DNA from: Candidatus Poribacteria bacterium
Lineage (GTDB): Bacteria > Poribacteria > WGA-4E > JAJDTR01
Assembly (NCBI GenBank): GCA_965222225.1
Contig: CBDCTK010000002.1
Coordinates: 2,016,001-2,080,000 of the forward strand
Direction of reading: 5' to 3'
Length of the DNA: 64,000 nt
Under the pieces are notes generated by a model. It did not search any database and had not been told where the DNA came from. It was given only the letters and a program-made list of their open reading frames with translations. Of the stretch, positions 62,379 to 64,000 are shown in pieces. Position numbers and translations under genes: made by a program. Every line of letters begins with the position of its first letter. Within the stretch, counting starts at the first letter, position 1.

Positions 62379-63095
62379 CTATCTTGCAATCATCTTCCGT
62401 ACCCCATTTTCATACCTCACATCATAATCCCCGTCCGGAATGGGAAGAGCCCGTAAAGCCAATTCCCCATACGTAACCAACGGCTCGGTGACCAATAGCA
62501 ACTCATCCAAAGATTGTTCCGGCGTTTTGTCCGTCGTGTCAATCACGACCATTTTGCGGGTTTTCGTGAATATCGACTTCTCGACCTCTTCCTCGAACCG
62601 CCGCTTGATTTCCGGAATATCCGCCTCATTGATAATCTCGTATTCGTGAGGACTTGCCTTCATTCGTTCACGAATCGCTTCATCGCTCGCCGTGACGTGA
62701 ATCAACACCACGTCCGGCAGATGCATTTCATAGACCTCGGCTTCATACTTCGGCTGGGCAAGATAACCGTAGTTTTCGTAGTACGGGCTGTCGGGGTCTT
62801 TGCCGTAGATTTCGGAGTAGATTGCTTCTTCAATATACCAACCCGAAATCATCGGATTCGTACAATCCCTGATGATTCCAATATGATAGTTAATCTGCAT
62901 GCGCTGCATGCGTTCCTTCACGTCATCTGGGAAATCAAGCATGAGCGCACGTGATTCGGGGCTTAATGTTCGGTCGGGAATCGTGAAATGATCGTCGTCG
63001 TGCGTGGGCAACTTCAACCGATAATAGTATTCGGTCAACAGGTCAATCAGCGTCGATTTTCCGGCATACTCAATACCAACAAAGAAACTTCGCAT
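62379..63095 (-). CDS. Hypothetical P-loop (NMP-kinase-like) protein
   Basis: N-terminal GIEYAGKST. Confidence 0.6.
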   Translation of the reverse strand: MRSFFVGIEYAGKSTLIDLLTEYYYRLKLPTHDDDHFTIPDRTLSPESRALMLDFPDDVKERMQRMQINYHIGIIRDCTNPMISGWYIEEAIYSEIYGKDPDSPYYENYGYLAQPKYEAEVYEMHLPDVVLIHVTASDEAIRERMKASPHEYEIINEADIPEIKRRFEEEVEKSIFTKTRKMVVIDTTDKTPEQSLDELLLVTEPLVTYGELALRALPIPDGDYDVRYENGVRKMIAR

Positions 63096-63606
63096 AACCT
63101 AAATTCCTCACTTTCGATTGTTCAGGAAAAACGTCAAGTGTACGGAAAACAGTTTAACACAACGCTGGGTACCTGTAAAGCGTCTCATTCAGGGAATTGC
63201 ATCCGATTGTTGCGGACGCCCCTGCACCGTTCCATAATTATAATTGTAGAGGACGACCCCCGTGCCGTGCCGTGAATCTCGGTACGCAGCCTGAGGTCAA
63301 TGGCCAAAGACGAATTTCGACCAAAGTAAACCATCGTTCCACGTTTCGACAAATTCGTTGTGTGGTGACGTAGGTTGGGTTGAACGGAACTTATGAGAAA
63401 CTACCACTATTACGTTACGATTACTAGGTTCAACTCTGCCTGAAATTTACCCGCACAGTGAAACCCAACTCCTGATAGACTGCGTTGTTTCATTGTGGAG
63501 TTGAGTTTCACCAGCTCCTTACTGTCTTTGATAAGGATTCGCTTTTCAGCACACAACCCCACCTAATGAACTTTTTAAACAATTTTTTAATCTTAAGTAG
63601 GTTCTC

Positions 63607-64000
63607 ATGTTAGAAGAACGCCTTCACTCATCGTCCATATTCCGGTTCCAAAATCTTTCTAAGCAGAGTGGGGTAGACCACTTTGTTTCGACCCGCATCG
63701 GCGGATTGAGTCGCCCACCTTACGAATCTCTTAATTTGGGATTTCATGTCGGAGATGACCCTAAAACCGTCCTAACAAATCGTGAACGTCTGGCATCCAA
63801 TATCAAGCTCCCTCTCTTCGATTTTACAGTTGCGAGACAGATTCACAGTGGTACGGTGGCAATCGTGACGGAGCAAATGAGAGGCTGCGGCGCGGCTGAC
63901 CTCAATACGGCAGTTGAAGCGACAGATGGGATGGTAACGGCTGTTCCCCGTCTTTGTCTAGCGGTTCTTTCGGCGGATTGTGTGCCGGTGCTCCTCTTCG
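63607..64000 (+). CDS. pgeF: YfiH/PgeF family purine nucleoside phosphorylase (laccase-domain), partial at window edge
   Basis: Translated by hand: STRIGGLS...SLNLGFHVGDD...NR...QIHS...DGMVT...SADCVPVL. Confidence 0.88.
   Translation, partial: MLEERLHSSSIFRFQNLSKQSGVDHFVSTRIGGLSRPPYESLNLGFHVGDDPKTVLTNRERLASNIKLPLFDFTVARQIHSGTVAIVTEQMRGCGAADLNTAVEATDGMVTAVPRLCLAVLSADCVPVLLF

Overview
64-kb bacterial window, most likely Candidatus Poribacteria. This assignment is inferred from the C-terminal K(L/S)(A/V)(A/T)TW tails on secreted LamG and beta-propeller proteins, four PhyH dioxygenases and FlgD-type tails. About 1-40 kb is accessory: sugar and phosphonate catabolism, LamG paralogs, prpBC, rpsT, an IS1595 element and a tandem membrane-protein duplication. 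About 40-64 kb is mostly core: purH, purB, an unannotated Rdx/SelW selenoprotein, an outer-membrane cluster, hflKC, lipA, decaying glycogen genes, egtD plus an ABC transporter, and partial pgeF. The most striking signal is non-coding. It is a 35-36 nt element with consensus GGAT-NN(N)-CTATCGC-NN-TC-NN-T-RTY-C-NN-TC-NN-TTGAT. I found 17 intact copies, all different, plus many split or partial copies in the intergenic DNA of the first 33 kb. It sits inside at least six different REP-type palindromes and repeatedly inside itself at CTATCG^, forming nested stacks, with no target-site duplication. Its variability is concentrated in fixed dinucleotide slots. No enzyme that could mobilise it is recognisable in this window. 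All alignments were done by eye.
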